Source of the DNA: Synechococcus sp. | GTDB lineage: Bacteria; Cyanobacteriota; Cyanobacteriia; Thermostichales; PCC-7336 | Length of the DNA: 57,437 nt | Direction: 5' to 3' | NCBI GenBank assembly: GCA_051439605.1 | Contig: JBFRWN010000021.1 | Coordinates: 1-57,437 of the forward strand | Shown here: piece after piece, positions 40,095-51,078 of the stretch | How positions within the stretch are numbered: the first letter of the stretch is position 1 | How the letters are laid out: every line of letters starts with the position of its first letter | The notes under the pieces: generated by a model | What the model saw: only the letters and a program-made list of their open reading frames with translations | Told to the model about the DNA's origin: nothing | Database searches by the model: none | Position numbers and translations under genes: made by a program

Positions 40095-40964
40095 CTAGTT
40101 GCCACCTATGCCCAACCGCCCTGGAGAAGAACCGCTAGCAGAAGGCGATCGCTCGCCGGAGGCGATTAGCCTCAGCTGCTCGCTAATATCAATCGCAGTC
40201 CAACTTCCGTTTTGACGCAACCAATATTCAAAGTGTAGATGGGGTCCGGTGGAACGCCCAGTAGACCCAACAAAACCAATCACCTGCCCCTGCTCTACCC
40301 AAGTATTGGACTGGACAGCAACCTTCGACATATGGCCGTAGCGGGTACGCCGACTAGTATCGTGTGCAATAACTACCGCATTTCCCAAATTACCTGCCGG
40401 TCCAGCTGCAACCACTTGTCCCGAATACGCTGCAAGAATTGGAGTTCCTGCAGGAGCTGCTAAATCTATCCCTTGGTGGTAGTTAGCCAAACCGGTAATC
40501 GGATGCACTCTCATGCCGAACCCAGAGGATACCGGAGCGATTGTAGACAGTGGATAGCGCAGTCCCTCAAATCGGCTGCCCTCAATCAAAGCAGCAGGTA
40601 AAACCAAGGCAATGTCTTGGCCGGGATTCAAAATAAATTGCTGGCCACTAGAGCGCTCTTGCAGAATCACAACAGATGGGGGAGCAGATCTGCGCACAAC
40701 ATCGTCGTCCGCATTCAGGCGATCGACCAATACATCTTGGCCTGCCTCAACCTTCACCGTATTGCTTTCTGCTATTCGTCGGCTGCCTGAATTAGAGAGC
40801 CAGCTAGGCTGACTCTCTCTTGGGGGTAAATCTTGTTTGGATGCTTGTGCACCGACAGGATCGGCTAAATAGCAAGTTGTGCCGAAAACAATCCATGAGG
40901 CAATACACCATCTAGTCACCGGTGCTAGGATCGTCTGCAGCATTGGCTTAGAAACCCGTTTCAC
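40095..40964 (-). CDS. M23 family metallopeptidase
   Basis: SSGFGMR.HP, HQGIDLA, YGHM, GSTGRSTGPHLHFE. Confidence 0.92.
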   Translation of the reverse strand: MKRVSKPMLQTILAPVTRWCIASWIVFGTTCYLADPVGAQASKQDLPPRESQPSWLSNSGSRRIAESNTVKVEAGQDVLVDRLNADDDVVRRSAPPSVVILQERSSGQQFILNPGQDIALVLPAALIEGSRFEGLRYPLSTIAPVSSGFGMRVHPITGLANYHQGIDLAAPAGTPILAAYSGQVVAAGPAGNLGNAVVIAHDTSRRTRYGHMSKVAVQSNTWVEQGQVIGFVGSTGRSTGPHLHFEYWLRQNGSWTAIDISEQLRLIASGERSPSASGSSPGRLGIGGN

Positions 40965-41282
40965 ACGTTCACTCCAACAAGAGGGAAGATAAAATTAAGA
41001 CTGAACCCAACACCTTTGCATAGAGTAAAGAAAAACTCTGCATCCGCCAAGAGGGGACGGAGATAGGTCTGATTGAAAACTGCTGTCGATCGGTCATCGG
41101 GATGGCCATCAGAGCGGCCGCCTGTCTTCTAAAATTGCCCGTAAGCATGATATGAATTGCGCATTCGACAGAGAGCTTTTTTATCTCAGTTAGCACACAT
41201 AGTTCTCTACCTAAACAGGGGTCTGGATAGCTGAGATGTCCTTACCGATTTACGATCGCCATAACAACCATTGCAGGCGGGT

Positions 41283-42434
41283 TCAGGTAGACCGTTCTAG
41301 CAGGGGAACAAGAGCAGTGCAAAGACGATCGATATGCTCGCAGCTGTGGGTGGCAGACAGCGATACACGTAAGCGAGCAGTGCCCGGGGGAACGGTGGGA
41401 GGGCGAATAGCTTGAACCCAAAGTCCCCGATCTCTCAGCTGTTGAGAAGCCTTAACGGCAGCGTCAGATGCCCCCAGAATGAGAGGAACAATTTGGCTAT
41501 CGGTAGAGATTCCCAAACGACTTTCGAGATATCGGCGATTGCGGTGCACCTGTTTCTGCCGATCGGAGCAAGCACGGATGTAGCGAATTGCGGCCTGGGT
41601 GGCAGCTAAGACAGCCGCGGGCAATGAGGTGGTGTAAATAAAACTACGGGCTCTGTTTCGTAGCAGCTCGGCAATGGGTAGGCAACAGGCCACGTAGGCT
41701 CCGAAGCTGCCCAATGCCTTTCCACAGGTACCTACTTGAATCAAATTGGGAGAGTCGAGTCCTAATTGAGCACAGACTCCGGCGCCTTCAGGGCCGAACA
41801 CCCCAACACCATGGGCTTCATCCACCAGCAACAGACAGTCAAAGGCGTTCGCGAGCTTCAAGAGTTCTCCCAAAGGAGCAAGGTCGCCATCCATCGAAAA
41901 GACACTTTCTGTGACAATCATCCGCATTCCAGAGCTGGGTTGTTGCTCTAGGAGTGCCTTTAAATGGGCAATATCGTTGTGGCGAAATTCATCAGAGGTG
42001 GCACGACTCAATCCAACTCCGTCCCGCAAGCTGGCATGAGCAAGGGCATCGAAAAAGATGCGATCGCCACGTTTGGTAAGTGCAGATAATACTCCTAAGT
42101 TGGCCTGGTAACCGGAGTTGAACAGCACGGCAGCATCTGTCGATTTCCAGTCGGCGATATCCTGTTCTAATGCCTCGTGAAGAGCAGTACTGCCTGTAAT
42201 CAGTCGCGAAGCACTGCTCCCCGTTCCCCACCGTTTGATAGAAGCTGTTGCTGCTGATTTTAGGGCAGGATGCTGGGCTAACCCCAAGTAGTCATTGCTG
42301 GAAAAATTCACTAACCAGCGATCGCCCTCGCGCACCTTGACCCCATCGCAGCCTTGATGGTGGCGTAATTTTCGGTATAAGCCCAGCCGCTGAACCTGTT
42401 GAATGCGAGTTTGAATAATATCAAGTACTTTCAC
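41283..42434 (-). CDS. bioF: 8-amino-7-oxononanoate synthase
   Basis: FSSNDYLGLA, SGYQAN, ESVFSMDGD, DEAHG, GTCGKALG, IRPPTVP.G.ARLR. Confidence 0.95.
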   Translation of the reverse strand: MKVLDIIQTRIQQVQRLGLYRKLRHHQGCDGVKVREGDRWLVNFSSNDYLGLAQHPALKSAATASIKRWGTGSSASRLITGSTALHEALEQDIADWKSTDAAVLFNSGYQANLGVLSALTKRGDRIFFDALAHASLRDGVGLSRATSDEFRHNDIAHLKALLEQQPSSGMRMIVTESVFSMDGDLAPLGELLKLANAFDCLLLVDEAHGVGVFGPEGAGVCAQLGLDSPNLIQVGTCGKALGSFGAYVACCLPIAELLRNRARSFIYTTSLPAAVLAATQAAIRYIRACSDRQKQVHRNRRYLESRLGISTDSQIVPLILGASDAAVKASQQLRDRGLWVQAIRPPTVPPGTARLRVSLSATHSCEHIDRLCTALVPLLERST

Positions 42435-42658
42435 AGAAAAGTGCCCTACAGACCCATACCACGATCGTCAAGTCGCGTAGGATTGTCATCAGATGCAACC
42501 CTCACTGGACCTAGAGCTATCCGTCCTCACGGACATGGCCACAGCTAAGACCAGTATTCGCTACGAGTCAAATGTTAGTGACCCCCTACCGTTTGGGCTA
42601 ACAAGTGTCAGTAACTAGCCAACAGTGATGGAGAGTTCATCCTACAGGAGTTGACCGC

Positions 42659-43768
42659 ATGTCAGTCGTCTATGTTGCCATCTCATCCCACGGCTTTGGG
42701 CATGCCACCCGCGTCGCCGCTGCAATTGACTGTCTGTTGCAGCTAAACCCCGAGATTCTACCCGTCATAGTGACAGCTGTTCCTCGCTGGCTGTTTGATA
42801 AGCACATTACCTCTGGAAAATTTCTTTATCGTCCGCGTCCGCTGGACTTTGGTGTCATTCAGTCAGATAGCCTGACCATCGATCGCCAAACTACGCTGCA
42901 CAAGTTAGAACAGTTGAGGGAGCAGGCAGATGAGATCGTGCGAGCGGAGGCTGACTTCATTCGACTCAACCGCATCAAATTGGTGTTTGGAGATATTCCC
43001 CCCCTCGCCTGTGCCATCGCAAAAGCAGCGGGTGTCCCCTGCTGGATGTCGGGAAATTTTAGCTGGGATTTCATCTATCGCGACTATGGCCCAGAGTTTT
43101 GCCCCCATGCCGATTGGATTGCAGAGCTATACAGTATGGCAGAACGGCTGTTTCGGCTCCCTTTCCACCACGACATGGAGGCATTCTCAAGCATCGAAGA
43201 TGTGGGCCTGACTGGGAGCACACCAGCATTGCCTGCCAACCAAGTGCGCAGTCAATTGAAATTAGATCCGCAGCGCCCGACAGTGTTAGTCACCTTCGGT
43301 GGCATGGGAATTCAGGATATTCCGTATCAAAATTTATCCGCGTTTCCCGATTGGCAGTTTGTCACCTTGGACACCGACGCACCCGACAAACTCGACAACT
43401 TGCGCAAACTCAATGGAGAAGAATGGCGACCTGTCGATCTGCTACCAGTCTGCCATCAGGCGATCGTAAAACCGGGCTACGGAACGTTTGCCGAAGTCTT
43501 ACGGCTCCAGGTTCCAGTGCGATGCATCACCCGCCCCAACTTTGCTGAAGCCCCACTGCTCGTGGATGGGCTACGTCAGTTTGGCTGGCATCACATCCTC
43601 AAGCAAGAGCAGGTGCTGGGTAACTCCTGGAGCTGGCTTGAAGAAGACTTTGTGCCTCCCAGTTCTAATCAAAACATCGATCTCAACGGAAATTGGGATA
43701 TTGCCCGCGCATTAGCTGCAGAGCTCGCCCAGCCAAAGAGACAAAGTTTGCCAGGAACTGCTGCCTAA
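42659..43768 (+). CDS. GT-B fold glycosyltransferase (arabinokinase N-terminal-like)
   Basis: SSHGFGHATR, GDIPPLA, NFSWD, KPGYGTFAE. Confidence 0.8.
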   Translation: MSVVYVAISSHGFGHATRVAAAIDCLLQLNPEILPVIVTAVPRWLFDKHITSGKFLYRPRPLDFGVIQSDSLTIDRQTTLHKLEQLREQADEIVRAEADFIRLNRIKLVFGDIPPLACAIAKAAGVPCWMSGNFSWDFIYRDYGPEFCPHADWIAELYSMAERLFRLPFHHDMEAFSSIEDVGLTGSTPALPANQVRSQLKLDPQRPTVLVTFGGMGIQDIPYQNLSAFPDWQFVTLDTDAPDKLDNLRKLNGEEWRPVDLLPVCHQAIVKPGYGTFAEVLRLQVPVRCITRPNFAEAPLLVDGLRQFGWHHILKQEQVLGNSWSWLEEDFVPPSSNQNIDLNGNWDIARALAAELAQPKRQSLPGTAA

Positions 43769-43990
43769 CCCCTAACGATTTCAGAAATTTATCTCAGACA
43801 GGGTAATAGAGAAATGGGTGAAATACAGAGCTAAAGGGGCAATCTAAAGTGCTATGGTGTGAAGCCTTAATCTAGAATGTTGTTACATCCGTTCTGGGTT
43901 CAGACGCAGAAGTTTACGTTCTGGGCCATTAATCTGTCAAAATCATAAAGAGTATTACCTTTCGCGACTTAGCTCGGTTCACCACAATCT

Positions 43991-44398
43991 ATGACTTCCT
44001 CTCTAGACCGTTTTTCCACAGATGTCGATAGCCTCAACGCCATTGACGAGAAACTATCCAAACGCCACATTGATTTAGATCCATCGGGGTACTTCGTAAT
44101 TTACATCGATCGTGAAGAAGGTCTTATTTGCGCCAAGCATTACGGGGTATTGGTGAACGAGAATGGTTTGGCCATCGATCCAATCACCCGGACCCCCCTC
44201 CCAGCCAAAGGGAATATCCTCCAGACGCTTCTCAACACCTACACTGGTCGCACGGCCAAAGAACTGTGCGTGGATATTTTTGAGCGGGCGATCGCTCAAT
44301 GCCCTGTTTCTCAATTCAACCACGCCGCCTATTTGGGCCGTGAATTTCAAAAGGCAGAAGCAGCTCTAGCAACTGGTGGCGAATACATTCAGGATTAG
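43991..44398 (+). CDS. DUF4346 domain protein
   Basis: LDPSGYFVI, GRTAKEL, HAAYLGRE. Confidence 0.85.
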   Translation: MTSSLDRFSTDVDSLNAIDEKLSKRHIDLDPSGYFVIYIDREEGLICAKHYGVLVNENGLAIDPITRTPLPAKGNILQTLLNTYTGRTAKELCVDIFERAIAQCPVSQFNHAAYLGREFQKAEAALATGGEYIQD

Positions 44399-44548
44399 CC
44401 TCCTTGACCCCACTGAATATTTCTAGGGCTTTCGGCAATCTCCTAATAAAGCTTAGATTGTATTGACAGCATGGAACTGGGAGTTCCGGGTAGAGTAAAT
44501 TTGGTGTGGTCGAACCATAACGCCACGGTTTAGTCAAAGGGATGGCTT

Positions 44549-45499
44549 TTGAACGCGAAAACCGATTCCACGCTAAATTCCAACACCTTCACTGATGCCA
44601 GTCCAAATACTCGGCAGCAAGACGAGGCTTGGTGGGAATTACACGTAGCCTTGGCACCCGATCAAGAGGACAGTATTTTCTGGCGTTTGCAAGAGTTTGG
44701 CTGTAAGGGGATGGTTAGCGAGCGTAACGGTTCTCTCTTGAACGTGCGGGCTTACATTCCCATTGAAACAATTACCCCGCTGGATTTATCGGCACTGGCA
44801 CTCTTGCTCCGTCAAGATGCTCTTTTGGTAGGTAGTGACGCTCCTGAAGTGCATTGGGATCGGTTGGAGGCCACCGACTGGTCAGCTGAGTGGAAGGAGC
44901 ATTGGCAGCCCCAAGAAATTGGCGATCGCATTTTAGTGTGTCCCGCTTGGTTGGAGATTCCTCCCCACGGGGATAGGCATGTTTTACGGATGGACCCGGG
45001 GGCAGCGTTTGGTACCGGAGCACACCCCACTACTCAGCTCTGTGCAGAAGCCTTGGAGATGCATTTAGACGATCTGGAGCCAGGCGAACGGCTAGAAATT
45101 GCTGATGTTGGCTGTGGGTCAGGAATATTGTCGATGGTGGCTGCCAAATTAGGTGCAGAGCGAGTGTATGCCGTCGACACGGATGAGTTTGCAGTGACCG
45201 CAGCGCAAATCAACGCTCGAGAGAATGGCGTTTCCGATCGTATCGAAGTCTTCAACGGTAGCTTGGATGCTATTCCCCGCCGCGTTGATGGGTTGGTTTG
45301 CAATATTCTGGCGGAAATTATTATCGATTTGATTCCACAGTTTGAGCTGGTTTTGCGTCAGGATGGCTGGCTCGTGCTGAGTGGCATCTTAATCGATCAG
45401 GCCAAAATGGTGACTGAAACCCTAGAAGCCCATGGCTGGATGGTGTCGGCATTATGGAAGCGGAAAGAATGGTGCTGCCTGAACATCCGCCGTGCTTAA
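44549..45499 (+). CDS. prmA: Ribosomal protein L11 methyltransferase
   Basis: DPGAAFGTGAHPTT, DVGCGSGILS, NILA, LSGI. Confidence 0.95.
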   Translation: MNAKTDSTLNSNTFTDASPNTRQQDEAWWELHVALAPDQEDSIFWRLQEFGCKGMVSERNGSLLNVRAYIPIETITPLDLSALALLLRQDALLVGSDAPEVHWDRLEATDWSAEWKEHWQPQEIGDRILVCPAWLEIPPHGDRHVLRMDPGAAFGTGAHPTTQLCAEALEMHLDDLEPGERLEIADVGCGSGILSMVAAKLGAERVYAVDTDEFAVTAAQINARENGVSDRIEVFNGSLDAIPRRVDGLVCNILAEIIIDLIPQFELVLRQDGWLVLSGILIDQAKMVTETLEAHGWMVSALWKRKEWCCLNIRRA

Positions 45500-46302
45500 A
45501 GCAACTGCCGCGTCTAGCATTCGACAACGGAACCCTGTCTAGCTGGGTAGACAATGAGCACAGTACGATTTCCTTGGAGCCCTCCCAACGCCATTATCTG
45601 GAACGGGTCCGGCGCTTACGGCTAGGGCAACCTTTCTTGGCATTTGACAGCAGCGGACGACTCTGGAAAGCAGTCTTGACATCAGGCGGAGCTGAGATTG
45701 AGGCAGAACTCCGGCCCATAAGCAGAGAGTTGCCATACCCCCTAGAACTGGCAATTTCCATTCCCAAAGGCTCCGGATTTGACGATTTGGTTCGTCCATT
45801 AACGGAACTTGGGGTGACCACAATTGTGCCGATAATCAGCCAACGCACTGTGGTCGTTGCCAGTGCGAAGAAAGTGCGGCGATGGAGGGCGATCGCTCGA
45901 GAGGCCGTAGAACAGTGCGAACGGTTGGTGGTACCCACCATTGCCGAACCAATCAGCTTGCAGGCTTGGTTACAAGCATCAGGATCGCAGTCCCCAGTCG
46001 CACCCAGCCAGGATAGGCATCCTCAACAGAAATTTATCGCTGCAGCCCGCCAACACCAACAGCATTTGATGGCCCATTTAATAAACCGAGATATACAGGG
46101 GGGGGTTGCGGTTGCTGTGGGTCCAGAGGGGGGCTGGGCAGATGAAGAGTTAGAGCAAGCCATCGAGACCGGAGTGGAACCCGTGGGCTTAGGACCGCGG
46201 ATTTTGAGGACGGTCACAGCACCCTTGGCGATCGCCAGTTGGGTGGCTGGAAGCTGGGAAAGTCAAGGTTCTCTGGTGAACGCAGTTGCTCCCAATGAAT
46301 AA
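45469..46302 (+). CDS. rsmE: 16S rRNA m3U1498 methyltransferase
   Basis: HYL.RVRRL, TELGV, EAVEQCER, VGPEGGW, LGPRILR.VTA; start uncertain. Confidence 0.93.
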   Translation: MVLPEHPPCLKQLPRLAFDNGTLSSWVDNEHSTISLEPSQRHYLERVRRLRLGQPFLAFDSSGRLWKAVLTSGGAEIEAELRPISRELPYPLELAISIPKGSGFDDLVRPLTELGVTTIVPIISQRTVVVASAKKVRRWRAIAREAVEQCERLVVPTIAEPISLQAWLQASGSQSPVAPSQDRHPQQKFIAAARQHQQHLMAHLINRDIQGGVAVAVGPEGGWADEELEQAIETGVEPVGLGPRILRTVTAPLAIASWVAGSWESQGSLVNAVAPNE

Positions 46303-46331
46303 AGTTCTTTGGTATTCCGAGCTCCACCCTC

Positions 46332-46535
46332 CTAGTCGGATAGACGCTGAAGTCGATACAGCAGAGCGGCCACGATCGTCGCCGGGGTCAGTACGAGCGC
46401 GAGGGCGAGCGCCGGTGTTTTCGGCACTTGCAAATACGGTCCTCCATATTTGACGGCAAAGGAAAGTATGAATGTCAGCAGTACCAATTTGAGTACGTAA
46501 ACCACTGCTTGCTGTAGGGGGGAGGATTCAGTCAC
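46332..46535 (-). CDS. Small two-TM hypothetical protein
   Basis: 67 aa, KYGGP motif, overlaps the rsmA stop. Confidence 0.65.
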   Translation of the reverse strand: MTESSPLQQAVVYVLKLVLLTFILSFAVKYGGPYLQVPKTPALALALVLTPATIVAALLYRLQRLSD

Positions 46536-47428
46536 GATACACTCACACTCGATAGATCCGATTCAGACCCACCAGCCATAGTAGGCTGACCCTCAGCACT
46601 ATTGGAACGAAAGGGTAAGAGAGCATTACTGAATTTCACCCACTCTGATACCGTTAAGGCTTCCGCGCGACTCAACGGATCCAGTCCAAGTGACTCCAAA
46701 GCAGCATAAATCGCTGGTTTTTCTGCCAATGACTGTAGTGCATTTCCCAACGTCTTGCGGCGGGTGGCAAACCCTTGTTTCACCAATACTGAAAACCAGC
46801 GGGCATCCTGCGGTACTGCTGCGTGAACTCTTGGAGTCAACCGAATAATGGCAGACTCCACTTTCGGGGGGGGCTGAAAGGCTTTTCTGGACACCAACCG
46901 CACGATCTCGCATTCGGCCAAAAATTGGGATCGCACCGACATCGCCCCGTAGGCTTTCGTTCCCGGCTCTGCCGACAGGCGATCGGCAATTTCCTTTTGC
47001 ACTAGCAGGATAATGGTGGAAAACTGACGCACCGGAGCCTCTGGCGACCCCAACACCTTTTCCAAAATCGGGCTGGTGATGTTGTAAGGAATGTTGGCAA
47101 CTACTAGTTGTGCCTCCGGTGGCAGCGGTTCCCGCAGAAAGTCCCCTTCCCGCAGGGTAAATCGCTCCTCATCCCCCAAGTTCTTGCGCAGGACGGCGCA
47201 CAAATCGCGATCGAGCTCGTATGCCAACACTCTTGCCCCCGCTGCCAACAACCTGCGGGTTAACTTGCCTGTACCGGGTCCAATTTCCACTACACAGGGC
47301 CCCTGCTCTGGTAATTTTGCCCGCCCAGCCATCACCTCGAGATCCAAGCCAGCCGCTTCCACCATGCTCCGATGCACGCTGCTATCTTTCAGCCAATGCT
47401 GACCAAAGCGTTTTCGGGGACGGGGCAT
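46532..47428 (-). CDS. rsmA: 16S rRNA dimethyladenosine transferase
   Basis: RKRFGQHWL, EIGPGTG, VANIPYNIT, FQPPPKVES. Confidence 0.96.
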   Translation of the reverse strand: MPRPRKRFGQHWLKDSSVHRSMVEAAGLDLEVMAGRAKLPEQGPCVVEIGPGTGKLTRRLLAAGARVLAYELDRDLCAVLRKNLGDEERFTLREGDFLREPLPPEAQLVVANIPYNITSPILEKVLGSPEAPVRQFSTIILLVQKEIADRLSAEPGTKAYGAMSVRSQFLAECEIVRLVSRKAFQPPPKVESAIIRLTPRVHAAVPQDARWFSVLVKQGFATRRKTLGNALQSLAEKPAIYAALESLGLDPLSRAEALTVSEWVKFSNALLPFRSNSAEGQPTMAGGSESDLSSVSVS

Positions 47429-47607
47429 GAAAGACTCCGGAGAGAGCAAGGGAAAGGGAATTAAGCAGACCTCGTCATGGGAGGCTGAAAAACTTTTGTA
47501 GCCAAACAATCCAATATCTCTTTGAGTTTGGAGAGAGAAAGGAGTGACTTGAGAGAGAAGGGTGTGTCGATTCGTATCGCTACCGATGTCCCTAAAGTTC
47601 TACCACT

Positions 47608-48270
47608 CTAAAGCTCTACCACAAGATTGTGTTGGGCGGCATTGATGTAGGTGGTCCCCTGTTTGGTTTCACTTTTGCCACCATCTAGATGCATGTGGCC
47701 ACAAAAGTAATATCTCGGTGAAATTAAGTTTAGCAATGGGGCTAGCGTCGGGATCCTGCCCCGATACCATTTTCCCCCCTCATCCAGAGTGCCTTTGGGA
47801 GGAGCATGGGTCACCAGAATATCCACCTGGCTACCCTTATAGGTGTTTGCAAGGGCCTTGAGGCGATCGCGGCTGAGGGACCAGCACCAGCCACAGGGGG
47901 GAGTCCAAGGCACAAGCAAAACTTGCAGTTGAGCGATCTCCATCAGCTGCGTTTCCATTACCAGCATGCCGTTCTGCAGCTCCGACTCGTTATAAAGCGA
48001 CCCTAAAGTCTGAGCTGGTGGTTCGTGATTACCGGGTAAAAATAGCCAGGGGGTTCCGCTTGCATCAATCCGCTGCCAAAATCGCTGCAATTGTTCGAGC
48101 TCGGTGAGCCCATTAGGGTGGCAGCCCGATTGACCTGCCTCAGGCTGGCGCCCAGCCCAATTACAAAAGTCACCGCAGTTTACGTACCAATCAACATCTC
48201 CAATCAGTGCTAAGGCTTCATTCTGCAAGGCCTCATTGCAGTGATAATCGGACCCTACCAAAACCTTCAC
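47608..48270 (-). CDS. Metallophosphoesterase (calcineurin-like)
   Basis: SDYH, GDF, PGNHE, THAPP, CGHMH. Confidence 0.9.
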   Translation of the reverse strand: MKVLVGSDYHCNEALQNEALALIGDVDWYVNCGDFCNWAGRQPEAGQSGCHPNGLTELEQLQRFWQRIDASGTPWLFLPGNHEPPAQTLGSLYNESELQNGMLVMETQLMEIAQLQVLLVPWTPPCGWCWSLSRDRLKALANTYKGSQVDILVTHAPPKGTLDEGGKWYRGRIPTLAPLLNLISPRYYFCGHMHLDGGKSETKQGTTYINAAQHNLVVEL

Positions 48271-48586
48271 ACATCTCTCCTGGGCACCAACGCTTCCATA
48301 GTGATTCAGTCAGCCATCCTCGCCCACTAAACCGCAGTACTCAATAGTCTCCAATAGAGGGTTATTCGACAGAACTGTTCCGTAGCAGTCACAAAAACTG
48401 AGAGCCCTAACGTAGTTAGATCGTTGCCTGAAATAGCAGCTACAACTCATCGATCGGCTGGGATGGGTTGATATATATCAGCCAACTTCAACAAACAGGA
48501 TAGAATTTTGAAACTTCGAAGCAGAATGCTTGCGAAAATGGAGATACAAGCACTAGGATAATAGACCGTGCCCTTACAAAAGCATC

Positions 48587-48784
48587 ATGCCGAAAGTTAA
48601 GACCCGCCGTGCCACCGCTAAGCGCTTCCGCATCACCCGCACGGGTAAAGTTATGCGTCGCCGCGCCTTCCACAACCACCTGCTAGAACACAAGAGTTCC
48701 AGCAGCAAGCGCAAGTTGCGCGGAACGGGTTTGGTGGCTAAGTCTGAAGCGGCTAATGTCAAGTTGCAAATGCCCTACTCCTAA
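48587..48784 (+). CDS. rpmI: 50S ribosomal protein L35
   Basis: [21 protein letters not shown]...NHLL. Confidence 0.97.
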   Translation: MPKVKTRRATAKRFRITRTGKVMRRRAFHNHLLEHKSSSSKRKLRGTGLVAKSEAANVKLQMPYS

Positions 48785-48916
48785 TTAAGCTCTGAGGGGC
48801 TAGCCAACTCACTCAGCATCGATCCTGGATCTCAGAGTTTAAGACCTTACGTCACACGTTTCAGGTACTCAGTTCACAGGATTCAAGTTTTAGTTACGTC
48901 AAACCCTGCATCTACC

Positions 48917-49264
48917 ATGTCGCGAGTAAAACGGGGTAACGTCGCCCGCAAACGACGCAAGAAAATCCTCAAGCTGGCTAAAGGCTACGTAGGATCCCAT
49001 TCCAAACTCTTCCGCACTGCTAACCAGCAGGTAATGAAGGCTTTGCGTTACTCCTATCGCGATCGCCGTCGTCGCAAACGCGATTTCCGCCGCCTGTGGA
49101 TTGCTCGCATCAACGCAGCTGCTCGCCAGCGGGGCAGTAACTACAGCACCCTGACGCATGGCCTCAAGCAGGCTAACATTGGCCTCAACCGCAAGATGTT
49201 GGCCCAAATGGCAATCTTGGATCCGTCTGCATTTTCCAAAGTTGTAGAGACTGCGACCAAGTAG
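48917..49264 (+). CDS. rplT: 50S ribosomal protein L20
   Basis: MSRVKRG...AKGY...[20 protein letters not shown]...LNRKMLA. Confidence 0.98.
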   Translation: MSRVKRGNVARKRRKKILKLAKGYVGSHSKLFRTANQQVMKALRYSYRDRRRRKRDFRRLWIARINAAARQRGSNYSTLTHGLKQANIGLNRKMLAQMAILDPSAFSKVVETATK

Positions 49265-49308
49265 TGGCATATGGCATCCATCTTGCCTAACGGCAATAGG
49301 TAGCTGTA

Positions 49309-50124
49309 TTGAACGGGTCAGTCATTCGATCTTTGGTGTGGGTAGCCCTATTAACTGGGGCTACCTTTTCTATGGGTGATATCTGGTTTTTCCCTTCCTG
49401 GCTTGCGAATTCACTTGTCCAAGCGCGTCCTTGGCAAGACATCCAACAGTCTGGTGTACTGCGAGTCGCCGTCAAGGACAATTCGCCCCCCCTGGCTTGG
49501 CAAGACAATCAGGAATGGCAAGGATTTGAAGTTGATATCGCCCGCCAACTGGCAGAATCACTACTGGGAGACGAGCAGGCTGTCGAGTTTGTCGCGGTGA
49601 ATAACCAGGAACGACTGGAGATAGTTGCAGCCGATCGCGTCGATTTGGCGATTGCCCAAATCGGTATTACCCTCGGTCGCATTCGTTTAGTCAGCCTGAC
49701 GGTGCCCTACTACCTAGATGGCACCGCTGTTGTGGTACCCAGATCGTCACCACTTGCATCCACATCGGAACTGACGACAGAGGCGATCGCCGTCATAGAA
49801 GGTTCTACAGCTGTTGCGACTCTGAACACCCTGCACCCTGAAGTAGAGATCGTTGGAACCTCTTCTTACCAAGCCAGCCTAGAGGCATTGCAGACTGGCA
49901 AAGTTGATGCGGTGGCGGCAGATGCCTCAATCATGGCGGGGTGGGTACCAGAACATCCCGATTACAAGTTACTAACCCCGCTGATGTCGGGTTCTGGACT
50001 CGCGGTTGCTCTCCCGAAGGGGAACCAATATGCAGAGCTGCGTCAGCTCGTGCATGTGGAAATGCAGAGACTGGCGGATAGCGGTTGGTTCGAACAGCAG
50101 GCCAGCAATTGGGGTTTGCCCTAA
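49309..50124 (+). CDS. Amino-acid ABC-type substrate-binding protein (SBP family 3)
   Basis: GVLRVAVKDN.PP, GFEVDIAR, VDLAIA.I.IT, PYY.DG. Confidence 0.88.
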   Translation: MNGSVIRSLVWVALLTGATFSMGDIWFFPSWLANSLVQARPWQDIQQSGVLRVAVKDNSPPLAWQDNQEWQGFEVDIARQLAESLLGDEQAVEFVAVNNQERLEIVAADRVDLAIAQIGITLGRIRLVSLTVPYYLDGTAVVVPRSSPLASTSELTTEAIAVIEGSTAVATLNTLHPEVEIVGTSSYQASLEALQTGKVDAVAADASIMAGWVPEHPDYKLLTPLMSGSGLAVALPKGNQYAELRQLVHVEMQRLADSGWFEQQASNWGLP

Positions 50125-50915
50125 TCCTGCTGGTGAGAAAACTGGTAGGCCCCCCACAGGGTCAAGGCGATCGCCATTCCCCCCAACACGGCAATGGTGT
50201 ACCAGGGGAACTGGGATAGAGGGGCGTAGGCAGCAGCCCGAATACCGATACTGGCATGGGATAGGGGCAAACAATAGACAAACCAGCGCAGTGCGGCAGG
50301 CAGTTGGGCGGGGTCAAAAAACGTCCCCCCCAGAAACGCCATCGGAGTAATCACAAAGTTCGTAATCAGACCCACGCTCTCCAGCGAAGGTACCTTCAAG
50401 CCAGCAATCACCCCCATCCCGGCAAATACAGCGCAGTTGAGCATGAGGATGAACAAAGCTAGGGGATGCAGCAGTCGCCATTCTTGGGTGACCACCAAGC
50501 CCAACGCCAGCACGGCCACAGACGTTAAAGCCCCTCGCGAAATGCCCGACAGCACCTTGCCAATGTGTAGCGACAGCGGATGCACGGGGGTGAGCAGCAA
50601 CTCCTCAAAGGTTTTATTAAACAGCCGAGCACCACAAATCGAAAATGTGGTTCCAGCAAAACTAATCGTCATAGCCGACAGGGCAGCCATTCCGGGCAGG
50701 ATAAATGCCAGGTAAGACTCCGCCCCAGAACTCCCTGCCACAGCCTCTAACGAGCCCCCTCGCAGAGTACTACCTAACCCCAACCCAAAGGCCAAAATAT
50801 AAATTGTCGGGGCGACCAAACCGGAAGCCACAACCTGCCACACCCGCGATCGCAGCTCCAGCCAATCCCCCCACCAAACGGTGTAGCTGTCCGCCAAAAT
50901 TGTTTTGAGGTTCAT
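50121..50915 (-). CDS. ABC-2 type transporter permease
   Basis: YLAFILPG, FEELLLTPV, FLGGTFF, LPLSHA. Confidence 0.9.
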   Translation of the reverse strand: MNLKTILADSYTVWWGDWLELRSRVWQVVASGLVAPTIYILAFGLGLGSTLRGGSLEAVAGSSGAESYLAFILPGMAALSAMTISFAGTTFSICGARLFNKTFEELLLTPVHPLSLHIGKVLSGISRGALTSVAVLALGLVVTQEWRLLHPLALFILMLNCAVFAGMGVIAGLKVPSLESVGLITNFVITPMAFLGGTFFDPAQLPAALRWFVYCLPLSHASIGIRAAAYAPLSQFPWYTIAVLGGMAIALTLWGAYQFSHQQD

Positions 50916-51078
50916 CCTGATTTATCCATTCAGGCCCGCTTATCCACAGTCCGGGGTTCAGCTTAACGTGCAGGGAGATTACCCAACGACTTTTCTGGAG
51001 CTTGGCATTGACTCAGCGAATCTGGTTCTCCTGGTTTTCGCAGATCTTATAAAGCTCTAACAATCGCGATACTCAGGT